IMG/VR virus record: IMGVR_UViG_3300046169_000050
Coordinates: 1-59,257 of that record
Origin: a virus
Lineage: Duplodnaviria; Caudoviricetes
Length of the DNA: 59,257 nt
Strand: one strand, 5' to 3'
Under the pieces are notes generated by a model, which saw nothing but the letters and a program-made list of their open reading frames with translations, was not told the origin of the DNA and searched no databases. Position 1 is the first letter of the stretch. Every line of letters starts with the position of its first letter. This document shows positions 26,877-36,259 of the stretch, one piece after another. Both the position numbers and the translations under genes were made by a program.

Positions 26877-29384
26877 ATGCGCGTTACGTTTCTAGAGGCG
26901 ACCAACGGTGTCCGCCTCACAAAACACTACTCAAAGAACAAAGTTACGCCCTACCCTTATGTCAAAGAAGTAACGAGCCACGAACACAAGATCACGGTAG
27001 ACCAAGCAGGACTCGACGAGCTTTACAATCTGATCCAATACCACGGATCGCTCGGACACTGCATGCTCAAAGGCGGACTCAAACGCGACCTTGTACAGGA
27101 AAGTCGCAAAGGCCAGTCAGAACGCAACGCACTTAACGGCCTTTTAGTTCTCGACGTAGACGGCATCAAACTCAACCGAGCATTACCAAGTAAGCAATTG
27201 TCGGCTGCCGTTGTTGAGTCTCTTACCGAACAAGTAATCAACACATTGCCCCCGGCATTTCATGATGTGTCTTACATATCGCAAGCCTCAGCTTCACTAG
27301 GTATGAAAGGAGACAAAGTCTCGCTGCACATCTTCATGCTTCTTACGGTGCCAATGCCACCTAAATCAATCAAGCTGTGGTTACAACACGTCAACCTCAA
27401 CTCAGACTTGTTCCAACCACAGATCGAACTAAGTTCTAATGGTCAATCGCTCAAGTACCCGCTAGATGTGTCACTTGCTGACAACTCAAAGCTAGTATTT
27501 ATAGCAACGCCTACCTTTGACGACCCGTCAGTTAACCCATTTGTCAGTGATAACGACCGTACAATCTCAATCACAAGGGGTAATGCAACAGTCGACTTGG
27601 CAGCCGAAATGGGTTCTATTCACCCAGAAATCATCCACCAGCAGTCTATCAAACACAAAGATGAGCTACGCGTAGACGCAGGCATGAAGCGCAAAAACGG
27701 TAAGGTCCAGTCAATGACTATCGATAACGAAGTCAAAGACGTACTAACTAACCCAGACCGTATGCACATCACTGTAGTCGACAGCTTCTCGTTCCCGTTC
27801 GTCCGTTGCAACATCAACAACGGCGACAGCGCAGCGTATTACTTCAACGCCGAGCGCCCTATCTACATGTACAACTTCAAAGACGAACCGTTGTTCGAAA
27901 TAGAAAAAGCTGACCCCGACTTCTACAAAGGTATCTTCGATATGTTCGAAGATGAGATGAAAGAGATAGGCAAAACCGAATACCCTGTTGTACTACGTGA
28001 CTACCATACCGACATGTACTTCAACGGAGTATTCGACCCCAATCTCAATCAATTCACTACAGAGTATCCGCTTACACAAACAAGCAGAGCCAGTGTTGAG
28101 TCCTTTATGTTGAGCCACGGACGTGCAGCACCAGACTTCATCCCTGATGCACGTATCATCTTTGACCCGACTAAAGACGACGTAGCAGTCAACCTCAAAA
28201 AGGTGCCTTACTACGTCAACACGTACACTCGCAGCAAGTACATGCTTGAAGCAGTCGACCCCGACGAGCCGTTAGAGTTCGGTCACGCAAGAAACATTCA
28301 ACACCTGACCCCGAACATCTTTCTTTTGCTCGACCACATACTTGGTAACGGGCAAGAAGAGTTTGAGCGCTTCATTAACTGGATGGCTTACATCTACCAG
28401 ACTCGACAAAAGACTAAGACCAGCTGGGTACTTAGCGGTACACAGGGCACAGGTAAAGGTTTGTTCTACAACACAGTCATCAAACCACTGTTTACTGAGT
28501 CGCAAGCCCCCATGCGAGCGCTTGAGTCTATCGAAGAGCAGTTCAACCTGTTCATGCGTAATGCACTCTTTTTAGTCGTTGACGAATTTCACATGGGTTC
28601 AGCCAAAACAGGCACTAGTAAGATTGCTGACAAACTCAAAAACTGGATTGCAGAAAAGAATGTGTCAATTCGAGCAATGCGTAGCAACAGCGTACAAGTC
28701 GAAAGCTACTGCAACTTCTTGTTCTTCACCAACAGACTAGATGCAGTCAAGATAGATACGGGTGACCGACGTTACAACATCGCACCTCGACAGGACACTA
28801 AGCTTCTTGACGCGCACCCTGAGCTGCCAGACAAGTTGTACAACATGGACAACGAATTACGAGCCTTCGCTGGTGTACTAAACACCTTCAAATACGAAGA
28901 ACGATTCATCCACGTACCTATCGACAACCGTGCTAAAGAACAAATGCGCACCGTTGGCATGACAGTCTTTGAAGAGTTCTGCAAAGCTATCAGCGACGGA
29001 AACCTTGGCCACTTTGCAGACATTCTCGACATCAACACAGGTACAGTCGCGTTCGCAAACGAAATCATGACGGCTCAGCGTTTCGTTAAAAACTGGATTG
29101 CAGAAGCTGGAGACCCATACGTCATACTACCAACAGAGCACTTACGAACCGTATTCCACATACAAACCGAACAAAACCCACGTCTTAGCCAACGTGAGTT
29201 TATCAAGCGGTTACAACGTCATGGGTTAGAGCCAACGCGTAAGCGCCCATTCGCTATCTCAGGCGACAAATCGCAGTCCGTCATCAGAGGTATAGAAACA
29301 AAATGGAATATCTCAGATAAAAATCTGCAAGCCATCATCGATACTCACTTTGAGGACGAAGATAGAAAGCTCTTGCGAGCTTAA
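26877..29384 (+). CDS. Primase-helicase (N-terminal primase-like, C-terminal SF3/DUF5906-type helicase)
   Basis: LDVDG and SLHIF N-terminal motifs; GTQGTGKG, VVDE, FFTN, DRRY. Confidence 0.85.
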   Translation: MRVTFLEATNGVRLTKHYSKNKVTPYPYVKEVTSHEHKITVDQAGLDELYNLIQYHGSLGHCMLKGGLKRDLVQESRKGQSERNALNGLLVLDVDGIKLNRALPSKQLSAAVVESLTEQVINTLPPAFHDVSYISQASASLGMKGDKVSLHIFMLLTVPMPPKSIKLWLQHVNLNSDLFQPQIELSSNGQSLKYPLDVSLADNSKLVFIATPTFDDPSVNPFVSDNDRTISITRGNATVDLAAEMGSIHPEIIHQQSIKHKDELRVDAGMKRKNGKVQSMTIDNEVKDVLTNPDRMHITVVDSFSFPFVRCNINNGDSAAYYFNAERPIYMYNFKDEPLFEIEKADPDFYKGIFDMFEDEMKEIGKTEYPVVLRDYHTDMYFNGVFDPNLNQFTTEYPLTQTSRASVESFMLSHGRAAPDFIPDARIIFDPTKDDVAVNLKKVPYYVNTYTRSKYMLEAVDPDEPLEFGHARNIQHLTPNIFLLLDHILGNGQEEFERFINWMAYIYQTRQKTKTSWVLSGTQGTGKGLFYNTVIKPLFTESQAPMRALESIEEQFNLFMRNALFLVVDEFHMGSAKTGTSKIADKLKNWIAEKNVSIRAMRSNSVQVESYCNFLFFTNRLDAVKIDTGDRRYNIAPRQDTKLLDAHPELPDKLYNMDNELRAFAGVLNTFKYEERFIHVPIDNRAKEQMRTVGMTVFEEFCKAISDGNLGHFADILDINTGTVAFANEIMTAQRFVKNWIAEAGDPYVILPTEHLRTVFHIQTEQNPRLSQREFIKRLQRHGLEPTRKRPFAISGDKSQSVIRGIETKWNISDKNLQAIIDTHFEDEDRKLLRA

Positions 29385-29387
29385 AAC

Positions 29388-29404
29388 TATTAGCTATACT
29401 AATA
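29388..29404. promoter_or_regulatory. 17-bp operator within a promoter-like sequence
   Basis: TATTAGCTATACTAATA; TTGCGA-16 bp-TATACT. Confidence 0.75.
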
Positions 29405-29429
29405 ACAACGAAGCAGGAATATTCGTACT

Positions 29430-30185
29430 ATGAATCTTACCCAGAGCCAACGGCCTGATATAGACAAGGCTTTTGAAGTACCTGAACAACTCGGACCAGT
29501 TAAAGCATGGTCCTACTCAGCCCTAAAAGTTTTTGAAGAATGCCCTTACCGCACCTACATATCACGTGTGCGACGAGTCCAAGAGCCATCCAGCCCAGCA
29601 GCTGACCGTGGCACACAGATACACCAAGAGGCTGAAGACTACGTCAACGGCACGCTCGGTGACTTCCCACAAAGTCTAGCTAAGTTCCGAGACGACTTTG
29701 AAGAACTGCGCAGTATGTATGCAAACGCTAAAGTCGAACTAGAAGGCGAATGGGGCTTTAACACAGAATGGGCACCTGTCGGATGGATGGAGCCTAAGAC
29801 ATGGGCACGCATCAAACTAGATGCCCTTGTGCACGAAGACGAAGGTAGTGCACGAGTCATCGATTACAAGACAGGCAAAAAGTTTGGCAACGAGATTACC
29901 CATTCGCAGCAGTGTCTGTTGTACGCAATCGGCACGTTCTTTCGCTACCCACACCTCGACTTTGTACAAACCGAGCTGTGGTACCTAGATAAAGGCGAAA
30001 TGACAACCAAGACATACACACGAGCCGATGCTATGCAGTTTGCCCCCGGCTTTCACAAACGCGCCATCGCTATGACAACGTGTGAAGACTTCGCGCCTAC
30101 ACCCAGTAAGCAGGCGTGTCGCTGGTGCTCGTTCAAAAACACCAATGGTGAAGAACCCGCTGAATGTCAGTGGGGCGTTAGTTAA
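29430..30185 (+). CDS. PD-(D/E)XK RecB/Cas4-like exonuclease
   Basis: WSYS.L..F..CP, RGT.IH, KLDA, IDYKTG, Q..LY, CRWC. Confidence 0.9.
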   Translation: MNLTQSQRPDIDKAFEVPEQLGPVKAWSYSALKVFEECPYRTYISRVRRVQEPSSPAADRGTQIHQEAEDYVNGTLGDFPQSLAKFRDDFEELRSMYANAKVELEGEWGFNTEWAPVGWMEPKTWARIKLDALVHEDEGSARVIDYKTGKKFGNEITHSQQCLLYAIGTFFRYPHLDFVQTELWYLDKGEMTTKTYTRADAMQFAPGFHKRAIAMTTCEDFAPTPSKQACRWCSFKNTNGEEPAECQWGVS

Positions 30186-30215
30186 TCCCTCTAAGTTGCG
30201 GCACAACTTAGTGTT

Positions 30216-30250
30216 GCCCCGGTAGGTGAGTGGTCTACCGGGGCTTTTTT
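30216..30250 (+). terminator. Rho-independent terminator (preceded by a hairpin at 30191-30211)
   Basis: GCCCCGGTAG...CTACCGGGGC-TTTTTT. Confidence 0.85.
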
Positions 30251-30267
30251 ATGTCTGGAGATAAAGC

Positions 30268-30459
30268 ATGGACCACAAACAAGAACAACGGGCCACGAGC
30301 CTTCTACTTGGCGGCATAACTGAAGATGTCGTCTTCGATGTGTTAGCGATGGAAGCTGACGCAAACGGCAAACCATTCGACGAGTTCCAACTCGAAGACT
30401 TGCCAGTGCACATAAAACAACTCAACGATCGAATCAAATCACAGGGGGAGGTTTCATGA
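30268..30459 (+). CDS. Hypothetical protein
   Basis: GGAG RBS. Confidence 0.6.
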   Translation: MDHKQEQRATSLLLGGITEDVVFDVLAMEADANGKPFDEFQLEDLPVHIKQLNDRIKSQGEVS

Positions 30460-30698
30460 GTTTTTTCTTTCGACTACTCACCGTAGTTGAACTCATTCAT
30501 TGGCTTAAACGACTTAAGGAAACAGGCTATGCAGATGTGGCACAGACGGGAAAACAAGACTCTGATCGAGTTTGTAATTGTGACCGACCCACCAGAAGCC
30601 ATGTACTGGATGACATACAAGCTAAAAGTTGCGGACATCCGTCTTGTTACCAAAGTACCCAAAGCAGACAAGACACACATCAGGAGAGAAATCTATGA
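30456..30698 (+). CDS. Hypothetical protein
   Basis: GGAGG RBS, ATGA coupling; overlaps next ORF extensively. Confidence 0.45.
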   Translation: MSFFFRLLTVVELIHWLKRLKETGYADVAQTGKQDSDRVCNCDRPTRSHVLDDIQAKSCGHPSCYQSTQSRQDTHQERNL

Positions 30699-30810
30699 AG
30701 ACATTGTCGCCCGTGAAAGAGCGCCGCACACGAACGCGGTATCTAAAAAGCGTAAAGACGCCGTCCGTGACAATGCTAAAACCCGGCGGAAACAACAAGA
30801 AACTGGGTAG
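30529..30810 (+). CDS. Hypothetical protein
   Basis: TAAGGA RBS, ATG 30529; protein-like composition. Confidence 0.55.
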   Translation: MQMWHRRENKTLIEFVIVTDPPEAMYWMTYKLKVADIRLVTKVPKADKTHIRREIYEDIVARERAPHTNAVSKKRKDAVRDNAKTRRKQQETG

Positions 30811-31381
30811 TAAGGTCACCACTGGCGCTTGGAAAAATGCTGCAATCTACAGCCTGACGCTCGAAGAACGCACCACCTGCCCTTCCGACTGCGAACAATG
30901 GGACACCTGCTATGGCAACAACATGCCGTTTGCTGCGCGTTACGATCATACACACCCTATGTTCCTCACCAATCTAGAAGAAAACATCAGCGATCTAATC
31001 TGCAAACACATATGGAAAGGACAACCATTAGCTATCAGGCTGCACGTACTAGGCGACTTCTTCAGTGTCGACTACGTTAACTTCTGGAACGACTACGTTG
31101 TTGGATGGGACATGCTTCACGTATGGGGGTACACGCACCACGATCCACAGTCCGAGATCGGTGAAGCCATTACCCGCATGAACACAATGGACAACTGCTA
31201 CGTTAGGTTCTCCGACTCAAAGTTCACAGCACCAATGAACCTACAAGCCAACGTCATTGCTTCAGAAAGAGAGCGATATACTGGCCTCATCTGCCCTGAG
31301 CAAAGAGGCATCAAACTCAGCTGCGGTGATTGCGCCATGTGTTGGACTAGCAACAAAGCCATCAATTTTTTGCAACATTAA
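30695..31381 (+). CDS. GP88-like Cys-rich (radical-SAM-like) protein
   Basis: N.KLG, TCP..C....CY, RLHVLGDF, WGYT, VRFS, CP.Q....C..C..CW. Confidence 0.7.
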   Translation: MKTLSPVKERRTRTRYLKSVKTPSVTMLKPGGNNKKLGSKVTTGAWKNAAIYSLTLEERTTCPSDCEQWDTCYGNNMPFAARYDHTHPMFLTNLEENISDLICKHIWKGQPLAIRLHVLGDFFSVDYVNFWNDYVVGWDMLHVWGYTHHDPQSEIGEAITRMNTMDNCYVRFSDSKFTAPMNLQANVIASERERYTGLICPEQRGIKLSCGDCAMCWTSNKAINFLQH

Positions 31382-31398
31382 TATTAGCTGTGCTAATA
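31382..31398. promoter_or_regulatory. 17-bp operator within a promoter-like sequence
   Basis: TATTAGCTGTGCTAATA; TTGCAA-18 bp-TAATAT. Confidence 0.75.
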
Positions 31399-31427
31399 TT
31401 CTTAAACAGAAAGGTGCCATTAGGATT

Positions 31428-32780
31428 ATGAAACCGTTCAAACATCAAACTACAACCACCGACTTCATCCTTAGTAAGCCCGGTGTACTCATTACCTCCG
31501 ACCCCGGTACAGGCAAAACACGCAGCGTAATTGATGCGTTTGTTAAGCGTGGCTTCGGTGACGGTCGTATGCTTGTACTTGCTCCGCTTTCTATCCTAGA
31601 AGCCTCGTGGGGTGACGACATACGTAAGTTTGCACCGCAGCTGTCGTACTCAGTTGCATACGCCAAGAACCGTATGAAAGCGTTTGATGAAGAAACAGAC
31701 GTCGTTATCACCAACCACGACGCAGTCAAATGGCTCGCAAAAAACCCCGGCTACCTTGAGCCATTCAGCACTATCTGCATCGACGAGTTCACAGCATTCA
31801 AAAACGCAAACAGCCAGCGCTCCAAGAATGCTGCAAAGATCATGACTAACTTTGACTACCGCATTGCAATGTCAGGTACACCTAACAGCAACACCATCCT
31901 AGACGTGTGGCACCCAACACTTCTAGTAGACGATGGTGAACGCCTCGGTAAACGGTTCTACAGTTTCCGTAGCGCGGTGTGCCAGCCACAGTTCAACGGC
32001 TTTGCTAACGTGTGGATAGACAGACCCGATGCACAAGAGATTGTTGCCTCTGCTCTCTTCGACATCAACATTCGCTTCTCCCTTGAAGAATGTATCGACA
32101 TGCCGAAACAGGTTGTGTCTACGCGCTACGTTGACCTCAACAAACAAACGATGGATGCGTACAAGATCCTTGCTGAAGACAGCGTCTTATACACACCGCA
32201 AGGCACAATCAACGCAGTCCATGCCGGTGCCAAGGTTAAGAAGTTACTGCAGCTGTGCACTGGCGCAGTCTATGACGAAAACGGTAAAGCTCAGGGCATA
32301 CACGCTGAGCGTTACGACCTAGTAATGCAACTAGTGCAGGAGCGTAAGCACTCGCTGGTTGCATTCAACTGGAAACACGAGCGAGACCATCTGGTCGAAC
32401 TTGCTGAAAAGCTATCGATTAAGTACGGCGTGATCGATGGCTCCACAGCCGCACACAAACGCAAAGACATTGTTGACCGCATGCAGGCGGGGCAGCTTCA
32501 GGTTGTATTCGCCCACCCGCAGTCTGCAGGACATGGTCTCACCATGACCAAAGCAACCACGGTGATCTGGGCGTCTCCCACTTATAACGCTGAGCACTAC
32601 CAGCAGTTCAATCGACGCATCTATCGCGCTGGTCAAACCCAACGCACAGAGGTCATACGGATTGCTGCTCAGGATACTTGGGAACCTGAAGTTTACGACA
32701 AGCTAGAAACCAAACTAGGCCGAATGGATGAACTACTCGGCATACTCAACCAAACCACATCGTTAAGAGAATCAGCATGA
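31428..32780 (+). CDS. SNF2-family helicase
   Basis: Start ATG 31428; DPGTGKT, IDEFT, SGTP, SAGHGLTM, Q...RIYR.GQ. Confidence 0.9.
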   Translation: MKPFKHQTTTTDFILSKPGVLITSDPGTGKTRSVIDAFVKRGFGDGRMLVLAPLSILEASWGDDIRKFAPQLSYSVAYAKNRMKAFDEETDVVITNHDAVKWLAKNPGYLEPFSTICIDEFTAFKNANSQRSKNAAKIMTNFDYRIAMSGTPNSNTILDVWHPTLLVDDGERLGKRFYSFRSAVCQPQFNGFANVWIDRPDAQEIVASALFDINIRFSLEECIDMPKQVVSTRYVDLNKQTMDAYKILAEDSVLYTPQGTINAVHAGAKVKKLLQLCTGAVYDENGKAQGIHAERYDLVMQLVQERKHSLVAFNWKHERDHLVELAEKLSIKYGVIDGSTAAHKRKDIVDRMQAGQLQVVFAHPQSAGHGLTMTKATTVIWASPTYNAEHYQQFNRRIYRAGQTQRTEVIRIAAQDTWEPEVYDKLETKLGRMDELLGILNQTTSLRESA

Positions 32781-33142
32781 ATATTAATGAACTAATAGAA
32801 CAACGCGTAACCATCAAAAATCAAATCGATGAACTAAATGCGCAAACCAAAGACCTGCAAGAACAGCTTCGTGGTAACGAAACTATCTTGCTCAAAGAGT
32901 TGGATGCACAAGGATTGTCACGTACAGCTAATGACAAAGCCTCCGTATCCATCAACGAAGACACGGTCCCCGATGTCACCGACTGGGATGAACTCTACGC
33001 CCACATCGTTGACACTAGAGACTTCAGTCTTCTCCAACGCAGACCAAGTAGTACTGCTTACAAGGAGATACTCAAGCTCGGCGAGAATGTCCCCGGCCTG
33101 CAGCCACGAACCGTTCGCAAACTAAATATGCGCAAACTCTAA
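32777..33142 (+). CDS. Coiled-coil replication/recombination accessory protein
   Basis: N-terminal coiled coil, V.DWD, LLQRR, VPG motifs; precedes SSB candidate. Confidence 0.6.
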   Translation: MNINELIEQRVTIKNQIDELNAQTKDLQEQLRGNETILLKELDAQGLSRTANDKASVSINEDTVPDVTDWDELYAHIVDTRDFSLLQRRPSSTAYKEILKLGENVPGLQPRTVRKLNMRKL

Positions 33143-33152
33143 GGATCAAGTT

Positions 33153-33845
33153 ATGCCTAAATCAGCAGTAGCAGTAAAAGAATCAGCAGCAATCTCTCTC
33201 GTATCAAACGACGTTCCAGCACACGTGCGCGCAGCACAAGGTGCGGGTCGTGGTAATGAGGATGTCGGTAGCGCAATCGCAATACCACGCATCAAGTTGC
33301 TGCAGAAAATGTCTCCAGAGGTCGACAAGTATTCGCCCAAGCACATCGCTGGCGCAGACGTTGGCCACTTCATCAACAGCATCAGTAGCGAAGTCTACGG
33401 TGAAGAGCTGTACGCCGTCTCTCTCAAGTTCAAAGTAGAGTATGTCGTATGGCGTAACATGGAAGCAGGCGGTGGCTTGCTCGGTAACTTCACCAACCAA
33501 GCAGATGCTGAAGCAGCAGTAGCCGCTCAGGAAAAGCCAAGCGAGTACGAGATCAAAGACACGCACTCACACATCTTGTTGCTTAAGAATCCCGAGACAG
33601 GTGACCTGTCCCATCCAATCATCATGGACTTTACCAGTTCAAAGCTACGTGTCTCACGCAGCTGGAACACGCAGATTGCCAGCAAAGGCGGCGATCGGTT
33701 CAGCAGCTTGTGGCGTCTCAAGTCACAACCCGTTGAGTCACGCACTGGTCAACAGTTCATGAACCTCGACGTCGAGTGGGTTGGCTGGGTAACTGACGAG
33801 GACTATGCAGTTGCCGAAGGGTTATTCGACCAGTTCTCTGGGTAA
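33153..33845 (+). CDS. Putative single-stranded DNA-binding protein
   Basis: IPRIKLLQ.MSPEV motif; position in the replication module. Confidence 0.55.
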   Translation: MPKSAVAVKESAAISLVSNDVPAHVRAAQGAGRGNEDVGSAIAIPRIKLLQKMSPEVDKYSPKHIAGADVGHFINSISSEVYGEELYAVSLKFKVEYVVWRNMEAGGGLLGNFTNQADAEAAVAAQEKPSEYEIKDTHSHILLLKNPETGDLSHPIIMDFTSSKLRVSRSWNTQIASKGGDRFSSLWRLKSQPVESRTGQQFMNLDVEWVGWVTDEDYAVAEGLFDQFSG

Positions 33846-33848
33846 TGA

Positions 33849-34274
33849 ATGAACGAGCACGGATTCGTAAGGTCCGTGCATCGTCAGTTATCTCCTGACG
33901 TTTTTGTCTGGAAGATTAACGACAAGTATGCGGGCGGTGTGCCAGATGCGTTTTACGCTGGTCCTGCCCGCTGTTTATTCGTTGAATACAAGTACGTAAA
34001 GCTACCTAAGCGGGACACAACGCTTGTCAAAACAAGCCTGTCTGAACAACAAAAGCTTTGGTTGGACAGGATGTTAGCTATGGACAAGCAGGTAGCTCTA
34101 GTTATAGGATCAGTATTAGGAAATATAATAATTGATAAGGACTGGGACTCCCCAATCCCGACAGAACTATTTAGACAGCGCGCTATGTCTACGAAAGCTG
34201 TTGCTCAGTGGATATCAGCGTTCTGTTTGGAAAAATGCCATGACTACGAAGAAGGATTCTTCCGTGGCTGCTAA
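33849..34274 (+). CDS. VRR-NUC/Holliday-junction-resolvase-like nuclease
   Basis: MNE..F, GVPD, FVEYK, LS.QQ..W. Confidence 0.8.
   Translation: MNEHGFVRSVHRQLSPDVFVWKINDKYAGGVPDAFYAGPARCLFVEYKYVKLPKRDTTLVKTSLSEQQKLWLDRMLAMDKQVALVIGSVLGNIIIDKDWDSPIPTELFRQRAMSTKAVAQWISAFCLEKCHDYEEGFFRGC
34114..34130 (+). promoter_or_regulatory. Operator variant overlapping a TATAAT upstream of the repressor
   Basis: TATTAGGAAATATAATA; TATAAT at 34124-34129, about 110 bp before ATG 34240. Confidence 0.55.
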
Positions 34275-34602
34275 TAACCTGAGAAAAATTTGGGACTTAA
34301 GAAAGTCCGAAATAGGCGTCACTCAAACCGAAGCAGCCAAAAAGCTAGGTTGGACACAGGGCGCACTCGCCCAATATCTAAACAACATCACAGAGCTTAA
34401 CCCGCCTGCGGTTATCAAGCTGGCAAATTTTCTAGGGGTAGATCCTCGAGAAATTGACCCCAGCGCTAACCTTGATGACTACCCTCAGTACCTCAGCTTA
34501 CCCACCGGTGCGCGGTCAAAAATTACAATAGACCTATCACGTAAATGGAAAGCAACTGTGCACGACAACGGGTCAATTACGATTACACCAAGCAAAAAAT
34601 AA
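34240..34602 (+). CDS. Lambda-CI-like HTH repressor without S24 peptidase domain
   Basis: LRKIWDLRKSEIGVTQTEAAKKLGWTQGALAQYLN aligns by eye with the lambda CI N-domain; 120 aa. Confidence 0.8.
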   Translation: MTTKKDSSVAANNLRKIWDLRKSEIGVTQTEAAKKLGWTQGALAQYLNNITELNPPAVIKLANFLGVDPREIDPSANLDDYPQYLSLPTGARSKITIDLSRKWKATVHDNGSITITPSKK

Positions 34603-34673
34603 CTGTCTCATTGGGACAGTTCAATGCTAAACAAAGTGAAATAACGTGTACTTAGCACACTACTATAGTGAAC

Positions 34674-34686
34674 TAACGTGTTGATT
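34674..34686 (-). promoter_or_regulatory. IHF consensus site in attP
   Basis: AATCAACACGTTA matches WATCAANNNNTTR. Confidence 0.55.
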
Positions 34687-34715
34687 TTATTAACATCGTG
34701 CCTGCAAACGGAGAA

Positions 34716-34734
34716 AATCCCTCTCTCTCCGCCA
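34716..34734 (+). other. attP core resembling the 3' end of a tRNA-Ser
   Basis: AATCCCTCTCTCTCCGCCA = T-arm 3' strand, acceptor strand, discriminator G and CCA; immediately upstream of int. Confidence 0.8.
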
Positions 34735-34805
34735 GTTCTCGCAAACCCTTGCAGTACAAGGCTTTCCGGGGGTATGCTGTTTCTTTTGAGACACAAGAGG
34801 GACAG

Positions 34806-35855
34806 TTGGCCACTATAATAAAGAGAGACGGTAAGTTCTACGTCCGCGTTCGCAAAGCAAACTTCAAACCCGAAAACCGCACCTTCGACACACGTACTGC
34901 AGCCAAACAATGGGCGCTTCAAACAGAAGCAGCTATGGCCAATGGATCGTGGATCTCGGACCGTGAAGCACGTATCACGAATCTTGATTCAATATTTCGC
35001 CGGTACATCGCCGAAATTCACGGGGCAAAGCCATTCGGCAAAAGTAAACTCGCAACAGTAAGAAGCACGGCACGAAGAGTCGGACACTTGCGTCTTTCAG
35101 ATCTGTCTCCCGCCTTTGTTTTATCCTATGCAAAACAGCGTGCCAGCGAAATCGCCCCCTCTACCCTGAACCAAGAACTAACCTACTTCGCGCAAGCCAT
35201 CGATGTAGCACGGACCTTGTGGAACGCTCCACTAAAAGACAACCCTGTGCGCGCAGCAATCGGCGTCTTATCTCAGGTAGATGTAGTACAAGGCAGTAGA
35301 AAACGTAACAGGAGACCCACGGACCACGAACTACAAACCCTGCTTAACCTAGCCAAAGGCAGTTGGATCAGGCCCATGATCGAGATAGCTGTCGAAACAG
35401 GGTTACGTGAGTCAGAAATTCACGCACTCAAATGGTCAGACGTGGACTTTGACCGTGGTACGTTGCTCATTCGAGACCGAAAAAACCCTAAGCAAAAGAT
35501 CGGAAACGACCAGCTAATACCGCTTTTACCGGCGTCGAGAGAGGCGCTCCTACGTGAAAAGCAGCAAAGTAAACAGGGTGGTAGGGTGTTCGAGGACGTT
35601 CTCCGCGCCGCCAGTATTAGCGATAAATTTGCCAAACTAAGAAAAAAGGCTGAGATCTACGACCTACGGTTTCACGACCTCCGGCACGAAGCAATTAGTC
35701 GAATGTTCGAAAAAGGAATGACTATTCCAGAGGTAGCAGCTATCAGCGGGCACAAGACGTGGACCAGCCTAAAGCGTTATACGCAGCTAAGTCCTAGATC
35801 TCTGTCGACTGCGTTCGCAAAGCAGCCTGCATCTGAGAGACCACCTCAGTTGTAG
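34806..35855 (+). CDS. int: Tyrosine integrase
   Basis: Start TTG 34806 after GAGGGA; TGLR..EI, RK, FHDLRHEA, SGHK, KRYT catalytic residues. Confidence 0.95.
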   Translation: MATIIKRDGKFYVRVRKANFKPENRTFDTRTAAKQWALQTEAAMANGSWISDREARITNLDSIFRRYIAEIHGAKPFGKSKLATVRSTARRVGHLRLSDLSPAFVLSYAKQRASEIAPSTLNQELTYFAQAIDVARTLWNAPLKDNPVRAAIGVLSQVDVVQGSRKRNRRPTDHELQTLLNLAKGSWIRPMIEIAVETGLRESEIHALKWSDVDFDRGTLLIRDRKNPKQKIGNDQLIPLLPASREALLREKQQSKQGGRVFEDVLRAASISDKFAKLRKKAEIYDLRFHDLRHEAISRMFEKGMTIPEVAAISGHKTWTSLKRYTQLSPRSLSTAFAKQPASERPPQL

Positions 35856-36015
35856 GAAACAAATACTTCTTCCCCCTCTTCACATATGGAAGATCTACCT
35901 TGTCAGCATATAGCTGATTGTAAAGCGTTGTTTTTTTAATTTTTAGCACTTCAGCCAGCTCACCAACGTCCATAAAAGGACCATATTTTTCGAGCATCCA
36001 TTCAGTCATTGGCAA
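35794..36015 (-). CDS. xis: Excisionase-like HTH protein
   Basis: M...ELAEVLKIKKTTLYN...LPY.K.GK..LF; convergent with int. Confidence 0.7.
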   Translation of the reverse strand: MPMTEWMLEKYGPFMDVGELAEVLKIKKTTLYNQLYADKVDLPYVKRGKKYLFPTTEVVSQMQAALRTQSTEI

Positions 36016-36220
36016 GCTCCTCTACTAGTCTATCCAAATACCAGCGAGCTTTCCGTAAATCTTCGACTGGCTTCCCCTTGTATGACATACGCCAGACATA
36101 CTTTTCTACGTTGCCTTTGAGGTAACCGATGAATTGCTCGGAAGACATAGACGCTTTGATTGCATCTATGCATTCAATGTCGCCGGTCTTATAGTGCGAA
36201 GGGTTGTTTACAGCATCCAT
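36002..36220 (-). CDS. DUF3310 protein (T7 gp1.7-like nucleotide kinase family)
   Basis: D.VN.PSHY..G.IECIDAI, GN..KY.WR...KG...EDL.KA.WYL. Confidence 0.85.
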   Translation of the reverse strand: MDAVNNPSHYKTGDIECIDAIKASMSSEQFIGYLKGNVEKYVWRMSYKGKPVEDLRKARWYLDRLVEELAND

Positions 36221-36242
36221 GTATTGTCATCCTGACATTGTC

Positions 36243-36259
36243 TATTAGCTGTACTAATT
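36243..36259. promoter_or_regulatory. 17-bp operator overlapping a minus-strand TATAAT upstream of DUF3310-xis
   Basis: TATTAGCTGTACTAATT; TATAAT at 36262-36257. Confidence 0.7.

Noticed and set aside
34680-34734. Complete tRNA gene
   Set aside because: Only the 3' 19 nt are tRNA-like; no D arm, anticodon arm or TTC is present upstream.
34698-34805. N-terminal extension of the integrase in the ORF track
   Set aside because: It spans attP; TTG 34806 has an RBS and gives a typical MATI.KR start.
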